DNA of 64,000 nt from Candidatus Moraniibacteriota bacterium (lineage in GTDB: Bacteria > Patescibacteriota > Minisyncoccia > Moranbacterales > UBA9337): positions 13,718-77,717 of the forward strand of contig JAQVJM010000001.1 in the NCBI GenBank assembly GCA_028695135.1. Direction: 5' to 3'. Shown here piece after piece: positions 61,196 to 64,000 of the stretch. Below the pieces are notes generated by a model, which was not told the origin of the DNA, did not search any database, and saw nothing but the letters and a program-made list of their open reading frames with translations. A program made the translations under genes and the position numbers. Each line of letters opens with the position of its first letter. The first letter of the stretch is position 1.

Positions 61196-61942
61196 CTATT
61201 CTCTCGCCAAAACAATCCCGTAAACCTTCTTGGCGCCTTTTTTCTTCAAGACTTTGGCGCACTCGAAAAGCGTGGATCCGGTGGTGGCTATATCGTCGAC
61301 CAAAAGTATATTTTTTCCTTTTATTCCGCTTATGAATTTTCTTTCCATTAAAAAAACGCCTTTCAAGTTCCTTTCCCGTTGGCGGCGATTTTTTATCTTC
61401 ATCTGGGGAATAGTATATTTTTTTCTTATCAACGCATTCTTTAAAACAGAAATTTCCAAACCCGGGGCGATACGGGAGGCCAAATAATAGCAGAGCATCT
61501 CCGATTGATTAAATCCCCGCCAGCGCAACCGGCGAGAATGGAGCGGAACCGGAACGATGGCATCGGGGAGGGGAAGCGATGAATTAAGGAGCGATTTTTT
61601 TAGTATTTCTCCCAAGTAAATGTTTAATTCCGAAATGAATCGATATTTATAATAATGGACTATTTTAGCGAGAAGCGTTTTTTCTCCATTTGATTTATAG
61701 GCGGAAGAAACCAGCACCCCGTCAATGATATATTTTTTTCTGCATTCAAAACAAGTTTTTCCATCCGGAGTGACGGATCTCTTGCAAATCGGGCAAAATT
61801 GCGGGATATCGACGGGTATTTTTTCTAAACAATCTCTGCAGACCCAGTCCCCGTATTTTTTGCATGATATGCAATGGATGGGAAAAAGAGTATCAAGTAT
61901 CTCTTTGCGAATTGCGATAAGCTTTCTACGAATTACGAACAT
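61196..61942 (-). CDS. comF: ComF family competence protein (zinc ribbons + PRTase domain)
   Basis: LFP.HCISC, CRDC, CPIC, CFEC; VPVPLH, RGFNQS, LLVDDIATTGSTL; start uncertain. Confidence 0.94.
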   Translation of the reverse strand: MFVIRRKLIAIRKEILDTLFPIHCISCKKYGDWVCRDCLEKIPVDIPQFCPICKRSVTPDGKTCFECRKKYIIDGVLVSSAYKSNGEKTLLAKIVHYYKYRFISELNIYLGEILKKSLLNSSLPLPDAIVPVPLHSRRLRWRGFNQSEMLCYYLASRIAPGLEISVLKNALIRKKYTIPQMKIKNRRQRERNLKGVFLMERKFISGIKGKNILLVDDIATTGSTLFECAKVLKKKGAKKVYGIVLARE

Positions 61943-61958
61943 ACGCGGAATTGCGAAT
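61906..61958. repeat. heptamer array overlapping the comF 5' end
   Basis: TGCGAAT TGCGATA ... TACGAAT TACGAAC ata CGCGGAA t TGCGAAT. Confidence 0.7.
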
Positions 61959-62034
61959 GATATTTATTTTTTTATCGGATTTATCCGGGAGCGATTAAAA
62001 TAGCAAATCCGCTTCAGATTGTCAGGCTCGTTAT

Positions 62035-64000
62035 TTAAATGGCGATTATCTTGCCTCCTTTTATTTCCAAAGAAATTTTGTTGTTTTTTATCTTGCTTTC
62101 TGAAATTTTTTGAGCGATCGGATTTTCTATCAGATCGCGGATGTTTTTTTTGACTCCGCGGGCGCCCTTATCAGATCGGGAACTTTTTTTTGCCAGACAT
62201 CCTATAACGCCCTTTGAATATTTCATTGAAATCCCCCGTTCCCTCAATCGATCCTCCAGATTTTTCATCTCTAATCCGACTATTCTTAGGATATCTTTGG
62301 AAGAAAGAGGATTAAAGACTATGGAATAGTCTAGGCGGTTTAAAATTTCCGGTTTGATTTTTGCGTCAAGCTCCTTAATGACCTTTTCTTTTATGAATTT
62401 AAATTTTTCTCTCGAGCTGTTTTTTTTATCCAGAGACTTGTCTCCAAAGCCCAAATCGGCAGCTTTGGTAAATTCGCCGGTTCCTATATTGGAAGTCAGG
62501 ATTATTATCGCATTTTTAAAATCAACGGTTCTTCCTTCCGCGTCATTGAGTGTCCCTTCCTCCAATATTTGAAGAAGAATATTGTAAACGTCCGGATGGG
62601 CTTTTTCTATCTCGTCAAAAAGCACTAAACTGTAAGGCTGGCGGCGCAATTTTTCGGTGAGTTTCCCGCCTTCTCCATAACCGACATATCCGGCTGGCGC
62701 TCCCAAAAGCTGGGAGACATTATGTCTTTCCATAAACTCGCTCATATTTATTCTTATCAGAGCGGAAGCATCGCCAAAAAACTCCTCGGCCAAAACTCTT
62801 GCCGTAAGAGTTTTTCCCACCCCGCTGGGACCGAGAAACAGGAATGATCCGATGGGCCTCTCCTTGTCGGCGATCCCGCTTTGCGATCTCAGGATGGCAT
62901 AGGATATTTTTTGAATGGCCTCTTTCTGTCCTATTATTTTAGAATCAAGGCGCCGCTTTATGTTTTTGGAATAAGTCGAGTTTTTAGAAAGGAGCTTTTC
63001 CAGAGGAATTCCGGTTGAAATTGATACGGTCCGGGCGATATCTTCGGCATCTATTACTATCGGATTTTCCTTCTCGAATTTTTCTTGTTTTTTCTTAAAA
63101 GAAGAAATTTTCTTTATTATCTTTTCTTCTTTTTGACGCAGGGCTATGGCTTCGTCATAAAGTTCCTTGCTGACAAGAGAATGCTTTGAGGCGATTGTTT
63201 TTTCCAGTTCTTTCTCTAGCCGGGATATCTTTTTAAAAAAATCTGAAACTCCTTTCTTACTTCTGATCCAGGAGGAAGTTTCGTCGATCAGATCAATTGA
63301 CTTGTCGGGCTGAAATCGGTCTCGAATATAGCGCGAACTGAGAGAAACGGCCTGGCTGATCGCATCTTCGGTTATCTCTACATTATGGAAGTTCTCATAA
63401 CTATTTTTTATCCCTGTAATAATTTTTTCCGTTTCCTTGGCACCCGGCTCCCTGATGATTATCGGCTGGAAGCGCCTTTCCAGTGCCGGATCCTTCTCGA
63501 TGTATTTTTTGTATTCATCCAGAGTGGAAGCTCCGATGAATTGTATCTCTCCCTGAGTCAGTATTGGCTTTAAAATATTGGCTGCGTCCAATCCGCCGCT
63601 TACGTTTCCGGCGCCGATGATGCTGTGGATCTCATCGATAAAAAGGATGACATTTTTATTTTTTCCGGCTTCGTCCAATATATCCTTGAGCCTTTGTTCG
63701 AATTCTCCGCGGAAACTTGTTCCGGCTACCACCAGAGCTATATCCAGAGCCAGGATTTTTTTTCTCAAAAGGTGCTGAGGAACCTGTTCCAGATTTATTT
63801 TTTTTGCCAAACCTTCCACTATAGCGGTTTTTCCGACTCCCGGATCTCCGACTAAGAGAGGATTGTTTTTGTTCTTTCTTCCCAATGTGCCGGAGATTCT
63901 TTCAATTTCTTTTTCTCTTCCGATTATGAGAGTGTCGTTTCTCTTTACTTTTTCGTTTAGGTTTACGCAAAAATGATCCAGATTGGGAGTACCTCCGGGG
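62035..64000 (-). CDS. clpC: ATP-dependent Clp protease ATP-binding subunit (ClpC-like), 5'-truncated by window edge
   Basis: Frame open to the window end (..[11 protein letters not shown]..); [35 protein letters not shown]; UVR-like middle coil. Confidence 0.93.
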   Translation of the reverse strand, partial: PGGTPNLDHFCVNLNEKVKRNDTLIIGREKEIERISGTLGRKNKNNPLLVGDPGVGKTAIVEGLAKKINLEQVPQHLLRKKILALDIALVVAGTSFRGEFEQRLKDILDEAGKNKNVILFIDEIHSIIGAGNVSGGLDAANILKPILTQGEIQFIGASTLDEYKKYIEKDPALERRFQPIIIREPGAKETEKIITGIKNSYENFHNVEITEDAISQAVSLSSRYIRDRFQPDKSIDLIDETSSWIRSKKGVSDFFKKISRLEKELEKTIASKHSLVSKELYDEAIALRQKEEKIIKKISSFKKKQEKFEKENPIVIDAEDIARTVSISTGIPLEKLLSKNSTYSKNIKRRLDSKIIGQKEAIQKISYAILRSQSGIADKERPIGSFLFLGPSGVGKTLTARVLAEEFFGDASALIRINMSEFMERHNVSQLLGAPAGYVGYGEGGKLTEKLRRQPYSLVLFDEIEKAHPDVYNILLQILEEGTLNDAEGRTVDFKNAIIILTSNIGTGEFTKAADLGFGDKSLDKKNSSREKFKFIKEKVIKELDAKIKPEILNRLDYSIVFNPLSSKDILRIVGLEMKNLEDRLRERGISMKYSKGVIGCLAKKSSRSDKGARGVKKNIRDLIENPIAQKISESKIKNNKISLEIKGGKIIAI

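Overview
64-kb window from a low-GC bacterium using the standard code (TGA = stop). It looks like a Patescibacteria/CPR (Parcubacteria-like) genome: rpmD/L30 is missing, Shine-Dalgarno motifs are rare, AspRS is of the short archaeal type, and r-proteins carry charged extensions. This assignment is inference. 0.3-15.7 kb holds the str, S10 and spc ribosomal-protein cluster, with rplB displaced behind rpsS-rplV and no secY after rplO. 16-26 kb holds accessory redox, stress and carbohydrate genes. 26-36 kb holds two giant modular surface proteins sharing a C-terminal membrane module. 36-43 kb holds msrB/msrA and a CsoR-CopA copper operon. 43-64 kb holds housekeeping and envelope genes (rmuC, ispH, aspS, pth, LCP, GH-A, L,D-transpeptidase, gyrB, lgt, comF, partial clpC). 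The strongest unexplained signal is non-coding. Most r-protein spacers contain mirrored arrays of 7-9-mers, often with a conserved 4+4 geometry, sometimes with palindromic REP-like elements nested in them. Other candidates are a T-box-like attenuator before rplC, a pair of related long-hairpin elements, a promoter-driven ncRNA after gyrB, and a cryptic CopZ-like mini-ORF. No rRNA, tRNA, CRISPR array or transposase was found.
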